In this document: one piece after another, positions 9,490 to 20,247 of the stretch | Numbering within the stretch: position 1 is the first letter of the stretch | Layout: the number at the start of each line of letters is the position of its first letter | IMG/VR virus record: IMGVR_UViG_3300029841_000001 | Location: 1 to 64,000 of that record | Length of the DNA stretch: 64,000 nt | From: a virus | Taxonomy: Duplodnaviria; Heunggongvirae; Uroviricota; Caudoviricetes | Strand: one strand, 5' to 3' | Notes under the pieces: generated by a model | What the model was told of the DNA's origin: nothing | The model's database searches: none | The model's input: only the letters and a program-made list of their open reading frames with translations | Made by a program: the position numbers and the translations under genes

Positions 9490-12074
9490 TAATTGTCCTC
9501 ACTATCAACAATCAGGGATTTTCCCTTTCCATAGTTTCTATACAAAATCTCATATTGTGTTATGATATCCAATTCTTTATATATATCGGCAGCGATTATG
9601 TTTTTACCTTCTTCATCCTTTCCAATAATCTTTTTTGCAAATTCCTTTTTAGAATTTTTAATTTCAATAATATCGCCATCTTGCAAAGGTAGTATTTTAA
9701 ATATCTTCTTGTCTACCTTTCTATATTGTATTTCTCCATTTTTAATGTTATATATTATTAAATTAGGAGCAATTACGTTTCTTGTATTTAATACAAACCA
9801 CATATCATTTTTCAGCAATGGATCAATATACCTAACGGAATCAAATTTATTTATTTGCATAGTCATTATTTCGTATGGATTTATATTCTCATTTGGGATA
9901 ATATCGAAAATTTCTAATAAAGATTTCTCATAATTGATATTGTTATAAGATTTTCCAGATTTAGATATTTCAGAATTAGATATGATAATATTTTTTACAT
10001 TATCATCTTTTATTTTTTTGTTTAGTGTATTTAGAGTCATTTTATCTTTTCCATTCAGAATCATAAAATAATCTCTAAATACCAATAGTTTCTTTGTTTT
10101 TCCATATATATTACAACAATCAGCAATTAAATATTGTTCTAAAACTTTCTTTGTTATTTTTTTCTCTAAGCATTTTTTAAGAAATTCATAAAATGTTGAA
10201 CTCTGATTCATACAATCAAATAATATATATGGAGTTTCATCTATCTTTTCTTCATCTTTAGTTAGGAACATATCAATTCTTTTCTTTGCTTCATTGATAT
10301 AATATTCTTTATCCAAATACTCAGGAATTGATTTATCATGTACATCTTCATTATCAATAAACAAATGAGTAGGTGTATTTGCAAACTGTTCATAGGATTT
10401 TATACCTTTTTCAATTTTCAATTTATAAATAGATCCATCTGATTGTCGTTTACTAGCAAATACTCTATGTACTTTACCTTTTAAAAGTTCTCCGTTTATA
10501 GATGTGATCTTGTTATCTTTTCCTGATACTCCATTTCCATACCATATTTCTTTGTATTTCGCAGACAATTTAATAACTTTTTGAAACTTGATATACTCTT
10601 TACATTCGTTGATAGTTTGTTCAACTGGAATATCATATGCTAGATAATTTCTAACAGCATCATTCAAAATTGGCAAATCATTATCAATTGGTTTATTGAA
10701 TTTAACCATAGCACCTTTACATTCCAATTCCCCATTTTTCTTAACTGCAATGTAGTTATTTACATCTTTTTGAATGAGTTTTGTATATTCGTCTATCTCA
10801 AACTCCATTTTAAGTCTTTCACCCACTTGATTAGTAATTTCAATTACTTTGTTTTTCATTTCTTCATTCTCACAAAGAACAAAAATACCATCAGTATTAG
10901 TCTGTAATAATTTACAGTATGGTTCAAGTTTATCAATCAAATCAAGAATGAACATTTGACCAAAAATACAAGTGAGATTTGCCATGAGTGGATCATACGA
11001 TGGATTATTTCTATCTTTTCCTGCTCCATACACACCATTAATCATAGGTTTAAGAGCTTTATTTTTTGGATTCTTTTCTGATTTTAATTTTAATCTAAAA
11101 TCTCTCATTTGCTTAAAGTCATCAGGATTCTTAAATTTTCTACTCAACAAACCATATTCAATATCTGTTGTAGGGTACATTGAAGCTACGTCAGCATGTA
11201 GAATAATTCCTTCAAATACAGCTTCTTTGTCATCAGCCCCATGACATCCTCCCCATGCAAATACATGGGGAATACCTGCGACTGTACAACATAACTGATT
11301 ATTATGTTGGTTATCTTCTGACCGAAGATGTTCTTTATACCTCCAATTTTTAGGATTCATATACCATTCTGGAATAAATCTGTATTTATCTGATAATTGA
11401 ATCGTATCTGGAAGACGAATATCAAATTCATCATCGAGAGTATGTTGATCTACAGCATTAAGAATTTTAGGGGAAACTGCCAATTGAACTTTTGTTTTAG
11501 TGAAATACGACATATCAAGTCCATATAATTCAATGATATCTAGCTGACCTTCAAAATCATCCCAACAATAATCAAGAACTCTTAATACCTCTATTACATC
11601 ATGGTGATTGTAATAGAGTGTTTGTTCTATTTCTTCTTGCGTGAGAGGTCTATCAATATTAAAGTCTACTTCTGTTTCTCTAATGTCATCTCCCATAAAT
11701 GCTTCTAACTGCTTCAATGATTTATCTTTTAAAATGGTATCATAATCATTTAATGGATATTTCTTTGCATTTTTTACAACTTGAAAAGGTTTTTTACCTT
11801 CTTTGATGAGTTTATCATTTACATATCCGACATTCATTCCATCCAGGATTCCTTTAAAAATTCCTGTATCATATTGTCGTCCATTGTAAGAAATAAAAAT
11901 ATAATTTTTATATGCGTTATAAAATTTTATTAATTTCGCTCTGTTATTTACTATAACTACTTCTTTATTTCTATCTTCGTAATTTATAAATGTAACGCAA
12001 AACCAGTTAATCTTACTGTATACCTCGAAGTCATATCCAAAAATTTTACTTTTGTCTATTATATCAATCACCAT
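9489..12074 (-). CDS. DNA polymerase, family B, with 3'-5' exonuclease domain
   Basis: Exo I YDFEVY, Exo II YNGRQYD, PolB motif A DVASMYPT (DxxSLYPS), motif B KPMINGVYG (KxxxNSxYG), motif C TNTDGIFV (DTD-like); 861 aa. Confidence 0.75.
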   Translation of the reverse strand: MVIDIIDKSKIFGYDFEVYSKINWFCVTFINYEDRNKEVVIVNNRAKLIKFYNAYKNYIFISYNGRQYDTGIFKGILDGMNVGYVNDKLIKEGKKPFQVVKNAKKYPLNDYDTILKDKSLKQLEAFMGDDIRETEVDFNIDRPLTQEEIEQTLYYNHHDVIEVLRVLDYCWDDFEGQLDIIELYGLDMSYFTKTKVQLAVSPKILNAVDQHTLDDEFDIRLPDTIQLSDKYRFIPEWYMNPKNWRYKEHLRSEDNQHNNQLCCTVAGIPHVFAWGGCHGADDKEAVFEGIILHADVASMYPTTDIEYGLLSRKFKNPDDFKQMRDFRLKLKSEKNPKNKALKPMINGVYGAGKDRNNPSYDPLMANLTCIFGQMFILDLIDKLEPYCKLLQTNTDGIFVLCENEEMKNKVIEITNQVGERLKMEFEIDEYTKLIQKDVNNYIAVKKNGELECKGAMVKFNKPIDNDLPILNDAVRNYLAYDIPVEQTINECKEYIKFQKVIKLSAKYKEIWYGNGVSGKDNKITSINGELLKGKVHRVFASKRQSDGSIYKLKIEKGIKSYEQFANTPTHLFIDNEDVHDKSIPEYLDKEYYINEAKKRIDMFLTKDEEKIDETPYILFDCMNQSSTFYEFLKKCLEKKITKKVLEQYLIADCCNIYGKTKKLLVFRDYFMILNGKDKMTLNTLNKKIKDDNVKNIIISNSEISKSGKSYNNINYEKSLLEIFDIIPNENINPYEIMTMQINKFDSVRYIDPLLKNDMWFVLNTRNVIAPNLIIYNIKNGEIQYRKVDKKIFKILPLQDGDIIEIKNSKKEFAKKIIGKDEEGKNIIAADIYKELDIITQYEILYRNYGKGKSLIVDSEDN

Positions 12075-12076
12075 CC

Positions 12077-13816
12077 TTATCCAAATGCAAATCCAGAAAT
12101 TTTATCACTCTTATAGAACATCCAATCATCAATCAAAACTTGTGCAGATTTTGTTTTATAATCAATTGAAAATCTACCAATAATATCAAATTCAACATTA
12201 TCTCCAATATCTATAATTTCTTTATATTGTGATGCTAAAGAACTTCCTTTGGTTTGTTTTATGAATTTGATATTGTGATATGTAAATTCGATTCTATTTT
12301 GTTTAGAACCAAATAGATACAAATTGTATTTATTACATGGAATATTTTTGATAAGAAATATCGGTTCACTAATCGTATTACCCCAAATGTAGTTGTATTT
12401 CGCTACATTTTTGATAATCTGATCATGAATTTGATTTGATTCATAGACGTTATAGACATGATATGTAGGTTCATTAATACTTTTCATAGTTGATAATAAT
12501 TCAAATAATCTATTTGTATTATCAACACTTATTTCACAACCAAATGCTCCTGAATGACCTTCTACTTTATTAAATAAACCTGTATTTTTACACCATTCAT
12601 TAAAATCTAGTATTTCGCATTTGTCGCTTCCTCTTCCACTTCCTCTACATATATCACCTTTTCTTCTCATTAATAAACATGGACGTTGATATTGGTCAGC
12701 AAGTCTATTAGCAATTAAACCAGTGGAATTACCGTCAACATCATCTTTTGCATTACATACTAGAATTGGAAATTTATCAAGATTGTATTTTGATATTTCT
12801 TCCGATAATATTGCAGCACTTTCTTCTGTTTGTTTTTTCTGTTTACGGTTGCTTGATTGACACGCTTTTAACACATAATCTTGAATCGGCATATTTACAA
12901 TTCCTTGACCTCTAACTTTTCTATCAAGAAATTTATCAGAATTACATAACGCTTCAAACATATAACATTTATCTTGATAATCTCCAAGTCTAATCATTGA
13001 ATTGATTAATGGACATACATAGAAACCCATACCATTGATCGTAACTTTATTATTCATTGAATACATTTGAGCTTCTACAAATGTATTAATCAACTTATTT
13101 TTATTAGTATGATTTCTAATCTCTTCAAGACCTTTTAATATTAAATATCGTGTTTGAAGATTTAAAACATCCGCTCTATCGCCAATCATACCAAGAGCCA
13201 CTAAATCTAAATAATCATCAGCATAATTTACTTTATAATATTTGTCTAATAATTTTGTAAATTTGTATGTAATTCCAACTCCTGTCATAGCTTTATCTGT
13301 AATATTTTTTGATGATTGATTATTAATTACAATTGCAGGATTTCCAGATGTGTCAATCGCATGATGATCCAAAATAATCACATCTTTACCAGAGTTAATT
13401 AATCGCTTACATTCATTCCAATCACCGCTACCAGCATCAGGAACAATAACTAAATCTGAATTATCTGAACACATAGAATCTATAAATTCAGATAATCCAT
13501 GTACTTTCCCACTGTGAATAAAACATCTAATTTCTATTGATGGATTTATTCTTTTGGTATATTGATATATATTTGCACCAGATGTATATCCATCAACATC
13601 ACAGTCAACAAGTAAATCAATTGTATGATTCTGCGACACATGCTGTACATATACATCTCTTGCTTTTTTTATATTGTCAAATAATTCTTCACTCTCAACA
13701 TGTTTAATGGTTGGATGTAAAAATGAATCAATATCTTCAATACCTTTTAATGTCAAAATATCATTTAATTCATATTCAAACCTCACATGTCCAAGTACAT
13801 CATATTTAAAACTCAC
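12077..13816 (-). CDS. RecJ-like DHH-family ssDNA exonuclease
   Basis: DHH motifs: LLVDCDVDGYTSG (motif I), IVPDAGSG, ILDHHAID (DHH); 579 aa. Confidence 0.7.
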   Translation of the reverse strand: MSFKYDVLGHVRFEYELNDILTLKGIEDIDSFLHPTIKHVESEELFDNIKKARDVYVQHVSQNHTIDLLVDCDVDGYTSGANIYQYTKRINPSIEIRCFIHSGKVHGLSEFIDSMCSDNSDLVIVPDAGSGDWNECKRLINSGKDVIILDHHAIDTSGNPAIVINNQSSKNITDKAMTGVGITYKFTKLLDKYYKVNYADDYLDLVALGMIGDRADVLNLQTRYLILKGLEEIRNHTNKNKLINTFVEAQMYSMNNKVTINGMGFYVCPLINSMIRLGDYQDKCYMFEALCNSDKFLDRKVRGQGIVNMPIQDYVLKACQSSNRKQKKQTEESAAILSEEISKYNLDKFPILVCNAKDDVDGNSTGLIANRLADQYQRPCLLMRRKGDICRGSGRGSDKCEILDFNEWCKNTGLFNKVEGHSGAFGCEISVDNTNRLFELLSTMKSINEPTYHVYNVYESNQIHDQIIKNVAKYNYIWGNTISEPIFLIKNIPCNKYNLYLFGSKQNRIEFTYHNIKFIKQTKGSSLASQYKEIIDIGDNVEFDIIGRFSIDYKTKSAQVLIDDWMFYKSDKISGFAFG

Positions 13817-13831
13817 TCTGCACCACCTTAA

Positions 13832-14911
13832 TTATTGATTTGTTCCTACATATATTTTGTTCTCCATAAGTTTCAACAAAGTTTCTTTACCTCTATCTGT
13901 TGGAGAATCTTTATAACCTAACAAATTTGTACTATCCCATAGTACAGATACAGAAACAAATGGACTTAATTTATCTATGATTTTATCTTTTATATGTTGT
14001 GACCAGTTTTTACATTCATCTGAATCAAGAGTTTGATATTGTTTATCCAATGCAATAATAACTTCTCTAACTCCCAACATAAGAATCATTCCTTTTTGAT
14101 AATCAGTTAAATTACTTCCACATAAAGCAACTGTAAAATTATCTTCACCAAACATAGTATCAGTTTGAAATACTGATTTTTCAGCTTCTACAAGCATTAC
14201 CTTTCTCTTTTTTTGAATTGCATTTATATTATGATTTAAACCAAATAAATTCAATCCAAGAGAATGATTATAAAATTTATTGCCAATTTTAAACGGTGCA
14301 TATTTACCGAATAATTCAATATCATCAGGTAGTAATGCTCTCGATCTTACACCAACTAAATTATTTTTCATATCATAATGCGGAATGATGATTTTTTGTT
14401 GCCATGTCGAATAAAGAATATTGTACTTTTTCATTGTTTCTACAGAAATTCCTTCTTCTATCCATGATTGACAATAAAAGTGCTGAAATATATTAAGAAC
14501 GTTTTTATCGTAAGGAACTAATATTTTATCTTTTGGTTTTACCTTTTTATTTTTCTTATATTTTTTAATAAACTCCCAATCGGAAATTTGTTCCTGTTTA
14601 CCAAATCCATACACATGATTGTCAAGATTTAATTTTACAGAAATCCAATTGATAGCTTTTTGAAATTCTTCTTGTTCATATCCTTTATATCCCATAACTA
14701 CGCCAATAATATCTAATTGACCGCATTCTGTATAACAATGAAATGACATAGAATCTTTATAAAAATATAATTTAGGTTTAGTTCCATGATGACATATTGT
14801 ATCTGTAATCCACATATCATCATCTTCGTAATAAAAAGTAGCTCCCATTAATTCAAGAAGTTTCTTAATATCATCTTCTGTAAGTTTACTTTTTAATTCC
14901 TGGGCGGTCAT
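13832..14911 (-). CDS. DnaG-like DNA primase (zinc-binding domain + TOPRIM)
   Basis: N-terminal zinc-binding CHHGTKPKLYFY...FHCYTCG; TOPRIM-like LVEAEKSVFQTD...; position between helicase and RecJ. Confidence 0.6.
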   Translation of the reverse strand: MTAQELKSKLTEDDIKKLLELMGATFYYEDDDMWITDTICHHGTKPKLYFYKDSMSFHCYTECGQLDIIGVVMGYKGYEQEEFQKAINWISVKLNLDNHVYGFGKQEQISDWEFIKKYKKNKKVKPKDKILVPYDKNVLNIFQHFYCQSWIEEGISVETMKKYNILYSTWQQKIIIPHYDMKNNLVGVRSRALLPDDIELFGKYAPFKIGNKFYNHSLGLNLFGLNHNINAIQKKRKVMLVEAEKSVFQTDTMFGEDNFTVALCGSNLTDYQKGMILMLGVREVIIALDKQYQTLDSDECKNWSQHIKDKIIDKLSPFVSVSVLWDSTNLLGYKDSPTDRGKETLLKLMENKIYVGTNQ

Positions 14912-14923
14912 ATAAGTACCTCC

Positions 14924-16543
14924 CTACTTAGATAATTGCATTGCTAAATCTGATCCAGACACATCAATATCAGTTTCAATAATACCAACATCTCCAACAT
15001 CATCTAATCTAAAATCAATCAACGTTTTCTCAATATCAGTAATTAATTTGTAATTGTAATCCGTCACAAAACAATCTACTTCCCTCATAGTTCCCATATT
15101 GAGTTTTGTCCAAATTATGATAGTTTTCCATTTTCCACCACGATTTTTAAATATATAGTAAGACATATTGGGGATTAATGATCCGAATGAACCATCTGAC
15201 TCAAGAATTGGTTTTAATCTTTTTAAATCTTTGTGTGTTACAGGAAGTGCAAGTATACCACCATCAGCTTTTTCGATAATAGCTTTAGATCCTTTTAATG
15301 CGCCTGCATCTTTATTGTTATCTTCTTTATAATTATCATTTAACTGTGTAGCTGAACCAAGATATACATTAAATTTATTACAAACTGATTTTAATGCTGC
15401 ACTGAATAAGAAAAGAATCTGGTCTGTTCTAAGTCTTGTGTGTGTTTTATTATAATAATATTCATAAAGCGATGGTGAATCATTGATGTAATCAAAGAAA
15501 CAAGCTACTATTCCATAGTTTAAAACATATTTCTCAATAGTTTCAGAAATCAAATCAATTGTAAAATCTGGCATATACTCTATATAATAATTATAATTCT
15601 CTATGTATTTTGCAGATTCATCAAGAATTGATTCTTCTTCTGGCGTAATATCACTCCATTCTTCAATTCTATCCTGATCAACTCCACTAACATGAGCTAA
15701 AATAATATCTTGAATTTCCTCTTTTTCAAGCTCTGTTGAAATAAATAACACTGGTTGGCTTTCACCTGTTGGAATCCATTCTTTTTTATTCCAATCATAA
15801 ATTCTATCTGATACCATATTACATCCATCTGCTAATGAAGATCTTGATTTTCCTCCACCAGATACAGAACTTCTTAAAATGTATTTTTTAGGTCGCATTC
15901 CTCGATATACTGTAGTTAAATATCCAGATTGAAACGGATAACCATATACATTTTGCTGATTCTTATGTTCATTTAATCTTTCTACAATACCTTCACCTGC
16001 TCTAAATGAATAGTTATCACCAAAAACATTCTTCCATTTAGATTTAAAATCCATAAATTTATTATTTATTTCATTTAAAACTTCTATGCTTGTTAATTGG
16101 TTGAAGTGTTCCAATTTTTCATCATCGTCTTCATCATATATAAATGATGTATCCATTTTAAGTGATTCTGTAGCATTCCTAATGATTGAATATTTTCTTA
16201 CATCGTCATAATATTTACCTACGTTTGATATTTTATCCGATGACATATCAATCGCAGACTCAATATAACCCCACCCATCATTATTTTTCCATAAAGACAA
16301 AGCGGTATCAAATTGTGATATTTCATTTTCAATATCTATGGGTGTAATTTTTTCAGCCGTTCTTTTCTTAGCAATATTAATAATTGCACCCCATATCATT
16401 TTATGAAAATTCTCAGGATAATCATTTGTATTAGTTGCATATTTTTCATCCAATGCTAATCTTGGATTCAAACAATAACAACCAAATAATAAAAATATAG
16501 CTTTCTTATCTACCTGTTGATTAAAATTAATTTGAATCACCAC
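14924..16543 (-). CDS. DnaB-like replicative helicase (RecA-fold ATPase)
   Basis: N-terminal DnaB-like helical domain; P-loop SVSGGGKSRS; overlaps the primase and the downstream gene, operon-like; 539 aa. Confidence 0.5.
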   Translation of the reverse strand: MVIQINFNQQVDKKAIFLLFGCYCLNPRLALDEKYATNTNDYPENFHKMIWGAIINIAKKRTAEKITPIDIENEISQFDTALSLWKNNDGWGYIESAIDMSSDKISNVGKYYDDVRKYSIIRNATESLKMDTSFIYDEDDDEKLEHFNQLTSIEVLNEINNKFMDFKSKWKNVFGDNYSFRAGEGIVERLNEHKNQQNVYGYPFQSGYLTTVYRGMRPKKYILRSSVSGGGKSRSSLADGCNMVSDRIYDWNKKEWIPTGESQPVLFISTELEKEEIQDIILAHVSGVDQDRIEEWSDITPEEESILDESAKYIENYNYYIEYMPDFTIDLISETIEKYVLNYGIVACFFDYINDSPSLYEYYYNKTHTRLRTDQILFLFSAALKSVCNKFNVYLGSATQLNDNYKEDNNKDAGALKGSKAIIEKADGGILALPVTHKDLKRLKPILESDGSFGSLIPNMSYYIFKNRGGKWKTIIIWTKLNMGTMREVDCFVTDYNYKLITDIEKTLIDFRLDDVGDVGIIETDIDVSGSDLAMQLSK

Positions 16544-17030
16544 CCTCTATCAAATCACCTAAATTAATCAATGATGTAGATGATTTTGTTTTATTCATAT
16601 TTACAGATTTTCTATTTACAATTTTTGTTTTAATATCCAATTTAGAGATTTTATCAGCTTGTTCTTTTTGTTTTTCTTGTTGTATATAAAAGTCACAGGC
16701 TTCATTGTAATAATCCTCTATTATGTAAATTCCGTATTTTATATCAAATGACTTACCTAAAATTTCTTTACAATACCATAATGTATATGTCATTGCAGCA
16801 TATGGATAATTATAATCTTTTTTAAATTTCTTTATTTGCTTTAGAATTAATCCATTTGCTTTATCTAAATGAAAAATATCGAAAATATAACGCATAAGTT
16901 CTTTGTATTCATTAGCGTCCCTTTCGACTTTTTTGTAACAATCTACGCAATAACTATTATTATCATATTTATATCTTTCTTCTGGTAATAGTGTTTTACC
17001 ACAACGTTTACATTTTATTGATCTAGCCAT
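16527..17030 (-). CDS. Zinc-ribbon protein, hypothetical
   Basis: CKRCGK...CVDCY at N-terminus, 167 aa. Confidence 0.4.
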   Translation of the reverse strand: MARSIKCKRCGKTLLPEERYKYDNNSYCVDCYKKVERDANEYKELMRYIFDIFHLDKANGLILKQIKKFKKDYNYPYAAMTYTLWYCKEILGKSFDIKYGIYIIEDYYNEACDFYIQQEKQKEQADKISKLDIKTKIVNRKSVNMNKTKSSTSLINLGDLIEGGDSN

Positions 17031-17043
17031 AATATACCTACTT

Positions 17044-17068
17044 AAAATTGGGAGGGAATTACCCTCCC
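17044..17068 (-). terminator. Rho-independent terminator (minus strand)
   Basis: GGGAGGG-AATTA-CCCTCCC perfect 7-bp GC stem. On the minus strand it is followed by AATTTT, and it lies just downstream of the stop of the AAA_24 gene. Confidence 0.5.
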
Positions 17069-17083
17069 GTCAATTAGTTATAT

Positions 17084-18064
17084 TTATTTGATGTTATATT
17101 TACCAACAAGTTCTTCAAGTTCCATTACAATTACTTTTGTAAGATCAATCTGTGTATCTCTAAGATCATTGAACATCTTTACATTACCATTATCATCAAG
17201 ACCAAGATTTCTCTGAAGAACGGCTGTTGCTTCTGCAAGATGACCATTTGATGCAAGTAAACTACCAAGTTCAATACCCTTTGCTTTGATTGATTCAAAG
17301 TCTTCAACTGGTGCAGTCTTATCAATTGTTTTCTCCTTAGTAGTGAAATCTCCACCTAAATCTTCAACCGCATTCGTCCATGCCTTTTTAAGATCTTTAA
17401 CATTAATCTCATCTGGAAGACCGAATGTATCCTTTAAATCTGGATACTTCTCTGTCTTCTTAAAGGTAATGAATCTTTCATCCTTTTCTCTGTACATATA
17501 TCCAACAAGATAAGCAGCTTCTCTACAGTAAGAAAATGTATTCTTATTAAGTTTTAAAGTATCGCTTTCTTTCTTTGTATCGAAATCCTTACTATGTGTT
17601 GACTGTGCGATGAAATGTACTGTATATCCAAGGCTCTGAATGATGCCAATGTTTCTTAATGCACTCTTAAAACGAAGTGAACCTTCACCAAATGCACCAA
17701 CATCTTTTAAGATTTCCGCATCTCTGTTTTCAAGTACATATCTCTCGCAACTTTCTTCAAATTTATCGAGCGTATCAATTACAATACATGAAAATCTTTT
17801 TTTAAATTCAGGGTTTCTTAACTGACCAATAACTGATTTTAAATCTGCCATTGTATCAATTTTTACAGCCATAATTCCTGGAATATTTTGGAATCTATCC
17901 TCAAATTCTAAGAATAATGGCTGTTTATCTGGATATAAACTCTTTAAGAAATTCATTAAAGTTGTAGTCTTACCTACACCAGTATCACCCATCCAAACCA
18001 TTGAATACTGAGTTAAATCCACAGATACCTTATTTGGCTGTAAATCTAATAAATTAATCATCAT
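17084..18064 (-). CDS. AAA_24/Sak4-like RecA-fold ATPase (recombination-associated)
   Basis: Walker A GDTGVGKTT, Walker B IVIDTLD; size and context with the replication genes. Confidence 0.55.
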   Translation of the reverse strand: MMINLLDLQPNKVSVDLTQYSMVWMGDTGVGKTTTLMNFLKSLYPDKQPLFLEFEDRFQNIPGIMAVKIDTMADLKSVIGQLRNPEFKKRFSCIVIDTLDKFEESCERYVLENRDAEILKDVGAFGEGSLRFKSALRNIGIIQSLGYTVHFIAQSTHSKDFDTKKESDTLKLNKNTFSYCREAAYLVGYMYREKDERFITFKKTEKYPDLKDTFGLPDEINVKDLKKAWTNAVEDLGGDFTTKEKTIDKTAPVEDFESIKAKGIELGSLLASNGHLAEATAVLQRNLGLDDNGNVKMFNDLRDTQIDLTKVIVMELEELVGKYNIK

Positions 18065-18990
18065 AATTTTGTTTCTCCTTTTATGTTATTATTTAAAATT
18101 TTCTCAATATTATCAAAATCCCAATACCAAATCTCTAATAGTTTGATATTATGTTTTTTTGCATATTTACGTTTTCTTTCATCATGTTCTTGTTGAATTT
18201 CCAATCTTTCCTTTGTGAAAAAATCTCCAACAAAACTACTTCCATCATGAAAATTACCTTGATATTCAATTAATAAATCAAAATCCGGTAAATAAAAATC
18301 ATACCTTAATTTTCTACCACCAACGCCAAACAAATCTTCATATGATTTTTGAGATTCATAATTAATATCGTTGTTATTAAAATAATTTGATATTTTAACT
18401 TCACCCTTATATTTCTTTTCACATCTAGGGCATCCGTGATTTTTGTATATTGCATTTATTGGATACGAATTCCACACATTTCCACATTTTTCACACAATA
18501 CTTCTGCCTGTGTTTTATTATTCATATATTTTCCAATAACTTTTATGTTTGGATGAGTATTTCTCATATCCTCTTCATATTGACATTGACTTTTTAAAAA
18601 ATGACCGTTACAATTTAAACAACCATGATTTCTTAAAAGATTATTGGGTGTAGCTCCCCATTCTTTTCCACAATTTAAACATTTCACATTTATTAAAGTA
18701 TGATTATTTACATATTTACCAATTATCTCAATTTGTGGATTTATAAGTTTTATTTCTTTAACAAATTGTTCATGTGATTTAGTTTGAGATTTTATTCTCT
18801 TCTTATATCCACAAATGGGACATCCTTGACCCCTAACTAACTGATCTGGTCTAGGATTCCAAACATTACCACATATACAACAATTGCACTTGATAGGAGT
18901 TTTATTATTTATATAATCTCCTTGGATTTCTATATTTGGTTGTTTAATTTTCATTTCATTTATGAAATCTTCTGTAGATTTTCTTTTCAT
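18061..18990 (-). CDS. Homing-endonuclease-like protein: four zinc-ribbon repeats + C-terminal Vsr/DUF559-like nuclease domain
   Basis: Four repeats of C-x2-C...W...P..L...GCP-x-C (~45 aa each). The C-terminus YDFYLPDFDLLIEYQGNFHDG resembles the PD-(D/E)xK Vsr-like fD..lp...IEvdG..H motif. Free-standing between replication genes. Confidence 0.5.
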   Translation of the reverse strand: MKRKSTEDFINEMKIKQPNIEIQGDYINNKTPIKCNCCICGNVWNPRPDQLVRGQGCPICGYKKRIKSQTKSHEQFVKEIKLINPQIEIIGKYVNNHTLINVKCLNCGKEWGATPNNLLRNHGCLNCNGHFLKSQCQYEEDMRNTHPNIKVIGKYMNNKTQAEVLCEKCGNVWNSYPINAIYKNHGCPRCEKKYKGEVKISNYFNNNDINYESQKSYEDLFGVGGRKLRYDFYLPDFDLLIEYQGNFHDGSSFVGDFFTKERLEIQQEHDERKRKYAKKHNIKLLEIWYWDFDNIEKILNNNIKGETKL

Positions 18991-19009
18991 AAAACTCCTT
19001 TCTTATTAT

Positions 19010-19047
19010 CCACCTACTCAAGATTACTCTTGAGTAGGCTTTTTTGT
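19010..19047 (+). terminator. Rho-independent terminator oriented on the plus strand
   Basis: CCTACTCAAGA-TTA-CTCTTGAGTAGG perfect 11-bp stem followed by CTTTTTTGTTTT on the plus strand only. Confidence 0.5.
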
Positions 19048-19048
19048 T

Positions 19049-19999
19049 TTATTGTAAAAATGGATTGTATGTAGTTGCAGGAGCAGGAGTTGGATTTTTC
19101 TCAAATCCTTCTGCTGTTTCTGTATGTGCTGATTCTCCCATTTCAATCTCTTTGAGTTTTGCTTTTCTCTTAGATTTCAGAGTATCTACAACATCTTCTG
19201 TAAGATCATGCTCATAAATAGTTGATACTGCAACACCAGATTTAATTTCATTTCTTCTGATATTTCTCTTTACTTTTTTAACAATATCTGTTCCAAACGC
19301 AGCCTTCTCAACTTCTTCTGTGATTTCAACAGTATTAATTACAACACCTGTGAATTTAGTAAAGCATCCATCATAATATCCTGCATCTCGGAAATCTGTA
19401 GCCATTGATTTATCAACAGTCATTCTAATTGGAATTAGGTGATCAGCTTCATATTTAGCATCTTTTCCAAATCCATCAGCCATTTGACCAATAGCATTCA
19501 TTGTAACTACGAGATTTCCAGTAGGAACATCTTTCACAATCTCATCTGTAATCTTTTCTACAATTCCTTCTACTTCAAATTTAGCTTCCAGAACTGTACT
19601 CTCATAATCTTTCGGCTCAATTTTATTAATAAATTTAGCGTTGATTTTGTTTGAAGATACTACTTTTCCATTAATCTTGAAGTCGTTATCTGTGAATGTA
19701 CCATCTGTAATAGATACAATATCTGGTGATTCTCCTTCTGAGCAATGTTCAATATCTTTCAGATTGTTTTTTGCATCCATATACTGTTTATAGAAGTAAC
19801 TTTCTTCTGTTGTAAACTCTTTCTTTTCATTTTTCTTGTATTTATTCGCATAGAAATTAATCTCATGTTCACTATTGTCAGCAGTTCTTAATACAAGACT
19901 TCCTCCGATTGCGTCTACACCTTTTTTTGTTTTAAACTCTTCAATATTATTTTTTACAAGTTTTCCTGTTACTGTTACTAGATTCTTTAATTCTTTCAT
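19049..19999 (-). CDS. Putative OB-fold ssDNA-binding protein
   Basis: N-terminal VTVTGKLV...GGSLVLRTAD pattern typical of OB-fold SSBs, C-terminal aromatic tail (NPFLQ), position in the replication module; weak. Confidence 0.3.
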   Translation of the reverse strand: MKELKNLVTVTGKLVKNNIEEFKTKKGVDAIGGSLVLRTADNSEHEINFYANKYKKNEKKEFTTEESYFYKQYMDAKNNLKDIEHCSEGESPDIVSITDGTFTDNDFKINGKVVSSNKINAKFINKIEPKDYESTVLEAKFEVEGIVEKITDEIVKDVPTGNLVVTMNAIGQMADGFGKDAKYEADHLIPIRMTVDKSMATDFRDAGYYDGCFTKFTGVVINTVEITEEVEKAAFGTDIVKKVKRNIRRNEIKSGVAVSTIYEHDLTEDVVDTLKSKRKAKLKEIEMGESAHTETAEGFEKNPTPAPATTYNPFLQ

Positions 20000-20075
20000 G
20001 TGTTTTTCTCCTTAATAATTGTTTATTTAATTTTTAATTTGTTTATGATAAACGCCCTATCGGACGGAACATGGA

Positions 20076-20105
20076 ATTAAATCTATAAGATAAATTCTAT
20101 GTCAA
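20076..20105 (-). promoter_or_regulatory. Sigma-70-like promoter for the SSB-like gene (minus strand)
   Basis: On the minus strand: TTGACA, 18-nt spacer, TTTAAT, ~90 nt upstream of the SSB-like start. It lies in a 250-bp non-coding gap. Confidence 0.35.
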
Positions 20106-20247
20106 CAGTGGTTTATGGGTACAAAATCCCAAGGGTATGCTGCTAACCACCCATATTTTATTTCTCTATTTAATTTCAATTTATTTGGAAAATTCGATTC
20201 GATTGAATCTACAAGATTTATTTCTCCGATGAAATTTGGATTTCCTG

